The translations under genes and the position numbers were made by a program. Below are positions 31,219 through 40,740 of a stretch of 64,000 bases of DNA, piece by piece (position 1 is the first letter of the stretch; every line of letters starts with the position of its first letter). The notes under the pieces are model-generated. The model was not told where the DNA came from. It saw only the letters and a list, made by a program, of their open reading frames with translations, and made no database searches. Source of the stretch: an uncultured delta proteobacterium (GTDB lineage: Bacteria; Desulfobacterota; Desulfomonilia; UBA1062); NCBI GenBank assembly GCA_963798485.1, contig CAWCTR010000030.1, positions 160,001 to 224,000 on the forward strand, read 5' to 3'.

Positions 31219-31440
31219 GAGACCTTTGCACAACCGCTGACCTTTGAGGGTACGAAGAATCCCATGAAATTTGGTCGGGATCTGGAGTCTGAGTGGATGA
31301 AAAGGAAAGAGGTTCCGTTCTATGGGATGAAAGAGTACGCATCAATAGATGTGAACAGTGGGCTTGTGATGTCACGCTGCTATTGAAGGCATCCGAGAAT
31401 GATACGAACTACTTTCAGTATACGGTGAGCATGAGACAGT
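31219..31440 (+). mobile_element. IS5-family remnant (left IR plus internal transposase fragment)
   Basis: GAGACCTTTGCACAACC end, followed by a broken frame KFGRDLESEW...FYGMKEYASIDVNSG...ASENDTNYF that resembles the IS5 DDE core. Confidence 0.65.
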
Positions 31441-31455
31441 AATGGAGGGGAAAAT

Positions 31456-32148
31456 ATGAATATCTTTGATTTTCAAATAATGACATTTTTTAATCAGTTT
31501 TCTCAGCATTCATTGATATTTGACAATGCCATTAATATATTACAAAGCAATAAATTATTAAAGGGGGGCGTCCTATTAACTATTTATTGGTATGCATGGT
31601 TTAAAAGAGAAGAACGTCATTCACAAAATCGTGAACATATAATTTCAACTCTATCTAGTTCCGTTATCGCCCTAGCCTTGGCAAGAACTTTGGCAGTGAC
31701 ATTGCCATTTCGTATCAGGCCGCTACACGAAGCGGGTTTACATTTCTTGCTTCCATTTGGTACTGAACCAGGTGCGTTAATGGGATGGAGTTCATTTCCG
31801 AGTGACCATGCTGTATTATTTATTACTCTCTCTACGGGACTTTTATATATATCGAGACGGATAGGTGCATTTTCACTTTGTTATACTTTATTATTTATTG
31901 AATTTCCACGATTATATTTAGGATTTCATTACCCAACTGACATTATCGCAGGTTCAATTATCGGAATGGTGGTTGCATTATTGGGAAATATCTACCTTGT
32001 AAAGAGCAAAGTTATACAATCTATCACGAACTTGTCATATTCGAAACCTCATTTTTTTTATCCATTGTTTTTCCTGTTTACTTATCAACTTGTGGATCTG
32101 TTTAATGAAAGTAGGGTGATTGTTATTGAGGGGGTAAAATTACTCTGA
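31456..32148 (+). CDS. PAP2 family phosphatase (possible undecaprenyl-PP phosphatase)
   Basis: RIRP, SFPSDHA and PRLYLGFHYPTDI motifs. Confidence 0.88.
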   Translation: MNIFDFQIMTFFNQFSQHSLIFDNAINILQSNKLLKGGVLLTIYWYAWFKREERHSQNREHIISTLSSSVIALALARTLAVTLPFRIRPLHEAGLHFLLPFGTEPGALMGWSSFPSDHAVLFITLSTGLLYISRRIGAFSLCYTLLFIEFPRLYLGFHYPTDIIAGSIIGMVVALLGNIYLVKSKVIQSITNLSYSKPHFFYPLFFLFTYQLVDLFNESRVIVIEGVKLL

Positions 32149-32152
32149 CATA

Positions 32153-32251
32153 TTAATCTCGTTTGGGGTTGATTCCCCTTAGCTTGCTACGGAATGTCTA
32201 TTCCTTATTGAGGCTTTTGATACCCAGTAGCTTGCAGCGGGGTAGTTCATT
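32153..32251. mobile_element. Miniature palindromic element (long, decayed copy with two hairpins)
   Basis: TTAATCTC...TTCCCCTTAGCTTGCTACGG...ATACCCAGTAGCTTGCAGCGGGGTAGTTCATT, homologous to 16682-16731. Confidence 0.55.
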
Positions 32252-32318
32252 TCCTAAAAAATATCCTGCGGACGCTTTACTGATGATTTTTTTCGTAATC
32301 CAAATGAGGTTTGTAGGC

Positions 32319-32346
32319 TTGAAAATCATGTTTTGATGTGTATAAT
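32319..32346 (+). promoter_or_regulatory. Putative sigma-70 promoter
   Basis: TTGAAA-N16-TATAAT about 90 bp upstream of the ATG at 32437. Confidence 0.5.
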
Positions 32347-32436
32347 GATCACAGTCTTTCACCGTGGAATTTCTCATCGAATAAAATCATCTTTGATGTT
32401 GCTGCTATTTTTATAAATCCTTTGAGGAGGTACAGA

Positions 32437-33370
32437 ATGGAAAAGTTTCAGGAGAAGAATTGTTCGTGTTTGGCCATGGGGTGGCTTCCCGATTACCCGG
32501 ATTTCCGAGATTACACGGCTTGGGACAAAACGTGTTTCGCAAAGGCTTTTAGACCTGAACCAGAAGGATTCGCCGCATGCCATGCTGGTAAAGGCCGGAG
32601 TTTCTGAGCCGGTAAAGGTGAAAGAGCCTGCAAAGGTTGATCTCAGGAGGTGGTGCTCGCCGGTGGAGGACCAGGGGGACTTGGGTTCATGCACTGCCAA
32701 TGCGGGTGTCGGGCTCTTGGAGTATTACGAGCGCAAGGCATTCGGAAAACACATCGATGCATCACGCCTCTTTCTCTACAAGACCACACGCAACCTCATC
32801 CATATGAAGGGTGATACCGGGGCATATCTGAGATCCACTATGGAGGCCATGGCACTCTTCGGCATACCGCCGGAAGAATACTGGCAGTATGACATCAGCA
32901 AATTCGATGATGAGCCGAGTGCTTTTTGCTATTCGTTTGCACAAAATTACCAGACATTGCAGTACATCAGGCTTGACCCTCCGGGAACTGCGAAAGATCT
33001 TCTTCTCAAGACCATTAAGACCAACCTTGCTGCCAAGATCCCTTCCATGTTCGGTTTCACGGTGTATGACTCCGTCTCTGAAGCAGACGAGAACGGCAGA
33101 ATACCATTCCCCGGGCCGAAGGAGAAGGTGCTTGGGGGGCATGCGATAATGGCTGCAGGGTATGATGACAAGATGAAGATCGAGAACACACACAGCGGTG
33201 CATCCACAACCGGGGCACTGCTTATCAGAAATTCCTGGGGCAAGGGCTGGGGTGAAAAGGGCTATGGCTGGCTTCCGTACGACTATGTGCTCCAGGGTCT
33301 GGCTGAGGACTGGTGGGTCATGCTCAAAAATGAATGGATCGATACCGGAGAGTTCAGATTGGACGAGTAG
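32437..33370 (+). CDS. Papain-like cysteine protease (C1A), with a frameshift near 32530
   Basis: RBS GAGGAGG then ATG at 32437 (MGWLPDYPDFRDY N-terminal segment); catalytic QGDLGSC, GGHA and RNSWG in ORF 32582-33370. Confidence 0.85.
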
Positions 33371-33392
33371 GCCAGGATATTAAGAGACGTAT

Positions 33393-33440
33393 AATGGTGG
33401 CCGCCTAAGATGTGGAAATCTTAGGGCGGCCACCATTTTT
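33393..33440. terminator. Terminator hairpin between convergent genes
   Basis: AATGGTGGCCGCCTAAGAT / ATCTTAGGGCGGCCACCATT followed by a T-run. Confidence 0.8.
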
Positions 33441-33448
33441 TGTAGGAG

Positions 33449-34129
33449 CTAACCCCTTTTTTCCATGGCTTTACTGTCTAAGGCGGGCCTGATGTAGAGG
33501 GGCTGCACATCTTGAGAAAGGCTTTCAACAGGGAAGCTCTGTGCAATACCGGCGAGCACGGAGGCCCTTGGGTGCCAGAGAAGGGGAGGTCCTTCGTGGT
33601 AGAGCCCGCCAAGGTCTTTGATAAGCATATCCCGATAGATGTCGCAGCCGTTGCCCACGAACAGGGTGCCTTCCCTCACAAGTGCGGCAATGCCTTCGGG
33701 GCGAAGGTCCATGAAATCAGTCAGACGTGAGCCATCCTTATTATATAATGCGCAGAAGACCTCTGACTTTTTGGCATCGAGAATGGGCATGATGTGCATG
33801 GATGAGGGCAGGGCTGAGTGAGCAATGATATCAAGGGTGGGTATGCCTACAAGGGGGCAGCCAATGGCTTTGGCAAGCCCTTTTGCAGTTGCAATACCGA
33901 TCCTGAGGCCGGTGAATGAGCCGGGGCCGGTGCCTGTGGCAATGAACGTTATATCATCCTTACTGGTAGAGCTCTTGGTCAGGACTTCGTCGATTACCGA
34001 CAGGATCATGCCCGCATGCCCCACCTTGACAGCGAGGTTGATCTCGCAGATAGTTGCCTTGTCCCTCATCAGTGCAACGGACAGGCAGCTTGTGGATGTG
34101 TCCAGGGCGAGGACATTCACCTTGGTCAT
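33449..34129 (-). CDS. tsaB: tRNA threonylcarbamoyladenosine biosynthesis protein TsaB
   Basis: LALDTS, GPGSFTGLRIG and terminal PLYIR. Confidence 0.92.
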   Translation of the reverse strand: MTKVNVLALDTSTSCLSVALMRDKATICEINLAVKVGHAGMILSVIDEVLTKSSTSKDDITFIATGTGPGSFTGLRIGIATAKGLAKAIGCPLVGIPTLDIIAHSALPSSMHIMPILDAKKSEVFCALYNKDGSRLTDFMDLRPEGIAALVREGTLFVGNGCDIYRDMLIKDLGGLYHEGPPLLWHPRASVLAGIAQSFPVESLSQDVQPLYIRPALDSKAMEKRG

Positions 34130-35478
34130 CCTTTAAATATGCGGGTGATGTCGTTGTAAAAGGCAAAGAGCATGAGCATGATCAGGATGAAGAGTCCGAT
34201 CTGCTGGGCTAACTCCCGGGGTTTGCCTTCAACGGGTTTACCGGTGATTCCCTCGATAAGGAAGAGCAGCAGGTAGCCGCCGTCAAGTACGGGGATGGGC
34301 ATCAGGTTGATAATGGCAAGGTTGATGCTGATGAAGGCTATCAGAGAGATAAACGCAAGCGGGCCTTCCCTGAAGGTCTGCCCGGAGACCTGTGCTATCT
34401 GGATGGGCCCTCCAAGGCTATCCTTGGCACTGATGGTACCCTTAATCATCTTTCCAAAGGCTATACCTGTGAGTTCTATGATCTTATAACACCGGCCGAA
34501 CCCATAGCCGATACCGGCTAATGGTCCGTATCTCTTTTTGCCTACTTCTCTCTCCTTGGGACTGATCCCTATTATCACCTGAGAATGTTTTTTACCGAAG
34601 AAGCTCGTACTTACTTGCATTTCAGGCACGACATGGAGCGTTGTAGGCTTGCCGTCCCTGGTTACTTCAATCTCAATATTCTTACCTGCGCCTATGTCTT
34701 GGAGTTTCTGCTGTATATCCTCCCAGTTGTCCATAGGGGTCTGTGCAACTGCCACGACCCTGTCACCGGATTTCAATCCAGCCTTATCTGCGGGAGAACC
34801 CTTATCTATCTCCCCCAAGACAGTATCATAAGGGCTGATTCCGATTATAAACCTGGGAATCTGTTCGCCGAAGAGGTTCTTCTGCATTTTTATGATAGGG
34901 GTTACGTGCAGAACGTATACCTTGGAATCCCGCATGAGTTCGATCTCAACACTCTTACCCACAACCGAGTTTTGAAGAGAGGTCGATATATCTTCAAAAG
35001 CGAATATCTGTTTATTCTCTATAGTCTGTATCCGGTCACCAGGTAATAATCCTGCCTTATCGGCAGGAGAGTCCTTCTGTACCCCGCCTACAACCGGCAG
35101 GAGATAGGGCACGCCCACCCAGGCAATAACCGTTAAGATCACTACTGCTAACAGAAAGTTGAAGAAAGGGCCTGAAAAGACAATTGCCGCCTTAGCGCCG
35201 AGCCCTTTGCGCGAGAAGGACTTCTCCGGGTCGATGTGGGTAAGCTGATCCTTGTCATCCGGGTCTTCACCGAGCATCTTGACATAACCGCCAAGTGGAA
35301 ATGCCGCCAGTTGGTATTCCGTCTCACCGAATCTCATTTTAATGAGCGCCGGACCGAAGCCTAACGAGAACTTCAGCACCCCGACCCCGCTTGCCTTTGC
35401 CATGAGAAAATGGCCGAGTTCGTGGAAGAAGATCAGGATTCCAAGGACGATAATGAATGCTAGGATTGTTATTATCAT
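34126..35478 (-). CDS. rseP: RIP metalloprotease RseP (two PDZ domains)
   Basis: HELGH, PLGGYVKM and NLMPIPVLDGG; position downstream of dxr. Confidence 0.93.
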   Translation of the reverse strand: MIITILAFIIVLGILIFFHELGHFLMAKASGVGVLKFSLGFGPALIKMRFGETEYQLAAFPLGGYVKMLGEDPDDKDQLTHIDPEKSFSRKGLGAKAAIVFSGPFFNFLLAVVILTVIAWVGVPYLLPVVGGVQKDSPADKAGLLPGDRIQTIENKQIFAFEDISTSLQNSVVGKSVEIELMRDSKVYVLHVTPIIKMQKNLFGEQIPRFIIGISPYDTVLGEIDKGSPADKAGLKSGDRVVAVAQTPMDNWEDIQQKLQDIGAGKNIEIEVTRDGKPTTLHVVPEMQVSTSFFGKKHSQVIIGISPKEREVGKKRYGPLAGIGYGFGRCYKIIELTGIAFGKMIKGTISAKDSLGGPIQIAQVSGQTFREGPLAFISLIAFISINLAIINLMPIPVLDGGYLLLFLIEGITGKPVEGKPRELAQQIGLFILIMLMLFAFYNDITRIFKG

Positions 35479-36602
35479 GGAATGAATGCCTCTGCAGTCT
35501 TTCTGGATTTTCTGTCAAGTCTCATTATATCTTGCGGTCCTTCTACCGCGGAATCAGTAAGTGTGTCCATGGTCTTTTTCACCACCTGCGTAATCTCATC
35601 AAAGCGGAGCCTGCCTTTCAGGAAGGCACCTACGGCCACCTCGTCGGCAGCGTTCATGATGCAGGGCAGCACTTCCGGCCTGCTCATGGCATGCCTGGCT
35701 ATGGAAAGCGCCGGGAAATTATTTGTATCCGGCGGCAGAAAGTCCATATGCAGGGTTTCAGCAAGGGGCAGGGGCTCAAGCGGCAGCTCCATGCGTTCAG
35801 GCCAGGAAAGGGCATACGCGATGGCCCCGCGCATATCCGGCAATGAGAGCTGGGCCTTGATGCTCCTGTCCATGAACTCTACCATGGAGTGGACAATGCT
35901 TTGTGGGTGGATTGTCACTTCGATTCTCTCTATGTCCACACCAAAGAGCCAGCATGCCTCGATGATCTCGAGGCCTTTGTTCATCATGGTTGCAGAGTCG
36001 ATGGTTATCCTTTTGCCCATAGACCAGGTGGGGTGGTCCAATGCCTCTTCAGGGGTGATATCCTTGAAAGTCCCTGCTGGCCTGTTTCTAAAAGGGCCGC
36101 CTGATGCGGTGAGGATGATGCGGCGGACAGAAGAACGGTTTTCTCCGTTCAGGCACTGAAACACTGCCGAGTGCTCCGAGTCCACAGGGATGATGGGCAC
36201 ACTAAAGTTTTTTGCCTCTTGAAGCAGAAATCTTCCACCTATGACCAGCGATTCCTTGTTGGCAAGGGCGAGCGTTGCCCCTGATCTGACCGCCTCCAAG
36301 GAAGGAAGGAAGCCTGCAGCGCCTGATATGCCGTTCACCACGATATCCGGCTCAGAGCGCCTGATTACCTCAATCGATGAAGACTCGCCGGTAAGGATTT
36401 CAAGTCCTGAAGTAACCGTGAAAGAAGGGGAAGTTGCTCCAAGGACCTTCACACCGAATTCTGCAGCCTGGCTTTCAAGGAGCCTGTTGTTGAAACCCGT
36501 AGACAACCCCACGACCTTGAATTTGCCTGGATGCATACGTATGACATCCAGGGTTGACTCCCCGATGGAGCCGGTTGATCCGAGAACAACAATCCGTTTC
36601 AT
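35475..36602 (-). CDS. dxr: 1-deoxy-D-xylulose-5-phosphate reductoisomerase
   Basis: LGSTGSIG, LANKESL, PVDSEHSA, TASGGPF and HPTWSMGKRITIDSATMMNKGLE. Confidence 0.96.
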   Translation of the reverse strand: MKRIVVLGSTGSIGESTLDVIRMHPGKFKVVGLSTGFNNRLLESQAAEFGVKVLGATSPSFTVTSGLEILTGESSSIEVIRRSEPDIVVNGISGAAGFLPSLEAVRSGATLALANKESLVIGGRFLLQEAKNFSVPIIPVDSEHSAVFQCLNGENRSSVRRIILTASGGPFRNRPAGTFKDITPEEALDHPTWSMGKRITIDSATMMNKGLEIIEACWLFGVDIERIEVTIHPQSIVHSMVEFMDRSIKAQLSLPDMRGAIAYALSWPERMELPLEPLPLAETLHMDFLPPDTNNFPALSIARHAMSRPEVLPCIMNAADEVAVGAFLKGRLRFDEITQVVKKTMDTLTDSAVEGPQDIMRLDRKSRKTAEAFIP

Positions 36603-37087
36603 GGGCCCACACTTTTTCTTGAGTATGTCTGGTTGCCAAGAGTCCGGGGGGCAGTGCTCCCCCCTTTTATAACATGGGGTTGGGGGGTAAGGGGGGCAGA
36701 ACTCCCCCCTTTTATAAAGGGGGGGCGGGGGGGATTTTGAACTAAAAAATTATATATACTCTCCACTACCCCATCGATATGAGTAAGCACTTCATTATTG
36801 TTGAACCTCATTACAGTAAATCCTAATTTGGAAAGATAGGTATCTCTTATACGATCAGCTGATTTTTCTTCTTCAATAAAATGTTGTGAGCCATCAACTT
36901 CAATGATAAGACGGGCACGAGGGCAATAAAAATCGACAATGTAGTTGCCGATGTTTTTCTGTCTGTAAAAATGAACACCGTTGACCTGCTTATTTCTAAG
37001 CTTTGACCAGAGTTTAATTTCCGCATTGGTCATGTCCTTTCTCAAACATCTGGAGATATTTTTGAGATCCCTCCTGTATGGAAGCAT
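36599..37087 (-). CDS. DUF559 (Vsr-like PD-(D/E)XK) endonuclease-domain protein
   Basis: Likely start MLPYRRDLKNISRCLRKDMTNAE at 37087; LWSKLR, FYRQ, YIVDFYC, IIEVDGSQH, D..RD..L...G..V.RF.N. AT-richer than its neighbours. Confidence 0.88.
   Translation of the reverse strand: MLPYRRDLKNISRCLRKDMTNAEIKLWSKLRNKQVNGVHFYRQKNIGNYIVDFYCPRARLIIEVDGSQHFIEEEKSADRIRDTYLSKLGFTVMRFNNNEVLTHIDGVVESIYNFLVQNPPRPPFIKGGSSAPLTPQPHVIKGGSTAPRTLGNQTYSRKSVGP
36646..36738. repeat. Two tandem ~45-bp poly-G/poly-C palindromic units downstream of the DUF559 core
   Basis: GGGGGGCAGTGCTCCCCCCTTTTATAACATGGGGTTGGGGGG and GGGGGGCAGAACTCCCCCCTTTTATAAAGGGGGGGCGGGGGGGATTTT. Confidence 0.85.
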
Positions 37088-37088
37088 G

Positions 37089-37128
37089 AAAATCCCCCCT
37101 ATCCCCCCTTTAGAAAAAGGGGGGAATT
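37089..37128. repeat. Palindromic unit upstream of DUF559, inverted relative to 36700-36738
   Basis: Reverse complement AATTCCCCCCTTTTTCTAAAGGGGGGATAGGGGGGATTTT aligns with AACTCCCCCCTTTTATAAAGGGGGGGCGGGGGGGATTTT. Confidence 0.88.
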
Positions 37129-37203
37129 CTGATGACAGCTTAAAATTATGTGCACAACCATTGTCCCTATTTAAAAAGTGGATGTATTCATGGTTGTCCA
37201 TCT

Positions 37204-38032
37204 TTATGTTGCTATTTTGAGGATACAATAGAGCACACACCCTACAGGGATGATGCCGTCCATCCGGTCCAGCATACCGCCATGGCCGGGGATAAGGTTT
37301 CCCATGTCTTTGATCTGGAACTCCCGTTTGAAGAGCGAGGCGGTGAGGTCTCCTGCCAGGTCAAGAACACCGATGCATGCCGACAGAAGAACCAGGAGCC
37401 ACAAGGGGTAAACGCCCTGGAGGGGGTCGAGCTGATAGGCGATGACTACCTTATTATATAATACAAAGGTAACATAGCCCAACGCGATGCTCGAACATAT
37501 GCCCCCGATAAAGCCCTCAAGGGTCTTTTTAGGACTGAGCCTGGGTGCGATTTTTCGGCTCCCCAAGTTCTTGCCCACATAGTATGCCCCGGTATCCGAT
37601 CCGAAGACACCGACAAGACAATAGATCATCCAGAACCTACCGTCCGTACCTACCCTGAGAAGCACCCAGAAGCCGATCAGGGCCATGGGGTAGATCAGGC
37701 CGGTAATGGAATAGACAAGGTCTTTGGCCCCGGCCTTGTTTTTTTCAAAGAGGAAGAGTGAGGTGATCATCAGGATAACGCTCGTGATGCCGATGGTGAG
37801 GAAGCACCCGTCCGTATCGCCTCTGTTGGCAAGAATGAGGAAAGGTACCGATGCAGCCATGGATATAAAGGCAAGGGCCATGGCGGATGGGTCGATGGCT
37901 ACCCGGAACAGCTCATACATGCACATGGGCACGACCAACAGGGCAATAAGCAGCAATGCCCAGGCAGGGCCGAAGACGGCCGGGATTGCGAACAGAACAA
38001 CCAGGATCAGTGCCCCCTATGATACGTTTCAT
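37204..38032 (-). CDS. cdsA: Phosphatidate cytidylyltransferase (apparent +1 frameshift in a G5 run at 38013-38017)
   Basis: SDTGAYYVG, SPKKTLEG and KDMGNLIPGHGGMLDRMD. The ATG at 38032 directly follows the uppS stop and reads MKRIIGALILVVLF if one G is removed. Confidence 0.9.
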
Positions 38033-38746
38033 CTATCTTGTGCCCTCCACCTGTTCACCGGTCATACCGAAGCGCCTCTGCCGGGTATCGAACCAATGGA
38101 TCGCCTCATCCAGGGCCTTTTCGTCGAAATCAGGCCAGAGGGTATCAGTGAAGTAGATCTCGGTATAGGCCAGCTGCCACAACAGAAAGTTGCTCACCCG
38201 CCACTCCCCGCCTGTCCTTATGAGAAGGTCGGGGTCCGGCATAAAGGCCGTATCCAGTTGATCTGAAAAAATCCGTTCATTGATCTCTTCCGGGCCAATT
38301 CCTAGGTTCAAGAGTTTCTTTACTGTCCGGATGATCTCATCACGGCCCCCATAGTTCAATGCTATGGCCAGGTGCAGATCGGTATTATCCCTCGTCTCTT
38401 CAAGGGTCATCCTGATCTTGTCCTGGAGGCTCTCAGAAAATCGTGACATATCCCCAATGATATGGATGCACACCCCGCTTGTCTTGAGACGAAGGACCTC
38501 CTCTTCGATGAACCGCTCCAGCAGCCTGAAAAGACCTTCGATCTCCTCTTTCGGCCTGCTCCAGTTTTCCGAGGAAAAGGCATAGAGGGTGAGGTATTTG
38601 ATGGAACGGGCTTTGGCAGCCTCCACGATCCGCTTTGCCGCCCTGGCCCCCATGTCATGGCCCTTCAGTCTTGGGAGAGACCTTTTTTGCGCCCACCTCC
38701 CATTGCCATCCATGATGATGGCAAGGTGGTTGATCTTATTCTGCAT
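38033..38746 (-). CDS. uppS: Undecaprenyl diphosphate synthase
   Basis: HLAIIMDGNGRWA, YAFSSENW, ALNYGGRDEI and DLLIRTGGE.RVSNFLLWQ. Confidence 0.95.
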   Translation of the reverse strand: MQNKINHLAIIMDGNGRWAQKRSLPRLKGHDMGARAAKRIVEAAKARSIKYLTLYAFSSENWSRPKEEIEGLFRLLERFIEEEVLRLKTSGVCIHIIGDMSRFSESLQDKIRMTLEETRDNTDLHLAIALNYGGRDEIIRTVKKLLNLGIGPEEINERIFSDQLDTAFMPDPDLLIRTGGEWRVSNFLLWQLAYTEIYFTDTLWPDFDEKALDEAIHWFDTRQRRFGMTGEQVEGTR

Positions 38747-38798
38747 GGAAAAGCTTGTTAACACAGGGGGTATGGAGGGTCAACAATGGTTACATGGG

Positions 38799-38831
38799 TT
38801 CCCCTTAATAAGGAGGGAACAGGGAAGATTT
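38799..38831. repeat. Degenerate solo copy of the DUF559-flanking palindrome
   Basis: TTCCCCTTAATAAGGAGGGAACAGGGAAGATTT follows the pattern C-run/TT..AA/G-run/spacer/G-run/GATTT. Confidence 0.5.
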
Positions 38832-38849
38832 GCCCAAACGCATAGCATT

Positions 38850-38880
38850 GTAGGTTGGGTTGAGCCTGCGAAACCCAACA
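38850..38880 (+). repeat. GTAG-family REP sequence
   Basis: GTAG followed by the hairpin GTTGGGTT-GAGCCTGCGA-AACCCAAC. Confidence 0.7.
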
Positions 38881-38952
38881 ATACCAATTTCATCATGGTA
38901 TCATGTAAAAGGAATGACGTTCGGGGTGTTTTGCAATTGTCTCAACTTTGCA

Positions 38953-38979
38953 GCTCAATTGCTCAATTGCTCAATTGCT
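38953..38979. repeat. 8-bp tandem repeat (GCTCAATT) x3.4
   Basis: gctcaatt gctcaatt gctcaatt gct, preceded by degenerate units. Confidence 0.85.
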
Positions 38980-39062
38980 TTTTTGTTATTTTGCCCCTTG
39001 ACTTTTCCCTGACCATTGAGATACAGACTCCTGGTGCGTAAGCTATGGGTGCGCCAAGAAAG

Positions 39063-39138
39063 GCTGGAGTAGCTCAATCGGTAGAGCAGCTGATTTGTAA
39101 TCAGCAGGTTGCGGGTTCGAGTCCCATCTCCAGCTCCA
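39063..39138 (+). tRNA. tRNA-Thr(TGT)
   Basis: GCTGGAG acceptor stem, anticodon loop TTTGTAA, GTTCGAG T-loop, CCA end. Confidence 0.95.
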
Positions 39139-39151
39139 GAAAGAGACACCG

Positions 39152-39236
39152 GGAGGGGTTCCCGAGCGGCCAAAGGGAACAGACTGTAAATCTGTCGGCG
39201 AAGCCTTCGGAGGTTCGAATCCTCCCCCCTCCACCA
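39152..39236 (+). tRNA. tRNA-Tyr(GTA)
   Basis: GGAGGGG acceptor stem, loop CTGTAAA, long variable arm, CCA end. Confidence 0.95.
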
Positions 39237-39298
39237 TAAGTATGAGGGATTGCAGGAGACGTGAGTCTTTAAGACTGCACAATCCTAAAAAAGATGAT

Positions 39299-39375
39299 GC
39301 GGGAGTAGCTCAGTTGGCTAGAGCGTCAGCCTTCCAAGCTGAGGGTCGCGGGTTCGAATCCCGTTTCCCGCTCCA
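39299..39375 (+). tRNA. tRNA-Gly(TCC)
   Basis: GCGGGAG acceptor stem, loop CTTCCAA, CCA end. Confidence 0.95.
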
Positions 39376-39402
39376 TATCCCCTCTTAATTATGTGGAGAC
39401 AT

Positions 39403-39480
39403 GCCCACGTAGCTCAGTAGGTAGAGCACTTCCTTGGTAAGGAAGAGGTTTCCCCGGTTCGATCCCGGGCGTGGGCTCCA
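39403..39480 (+). tRNA. tRNA-Thr(GGT)
   Basis: GCCCACG acceptor stem, loop TTGGTAA, CCA end; canonical Thr-Tyr-Gly-Thr-tuf order. Confidence 0.92.
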
Positions 39481-39527
39481 CTTTAAGGGCTTGTGCGGAG
39501 AAAAAATATTACAAAAGGGGGAAGTAC

Positions 39528-40724
<1,197 letters not shown>

Positions 40725-40740
40725 ATTAAGGTAGACATCC

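Noticed and set aside
37088-37240. N-terminal extension of the DUF559 ORF in the ORF track
   Set aside because: It overlaps the cdsA end and translates the repeat; the family-like start is MLPY at 37087.
39445-39455. Two extra bases in the variable loop of tRNA-Thr(GGT)
   Set aside because: They sit in T/C runs in an assembly with evident homopolymer errors, so they cannot be supported as real.
39043-39527. Short ORFs and the tuf N-terminal extension over the tRNA cluster
   Set aside because: They are translations of tRNA genes; the same applies to the secE extension over tRNA-Trp.
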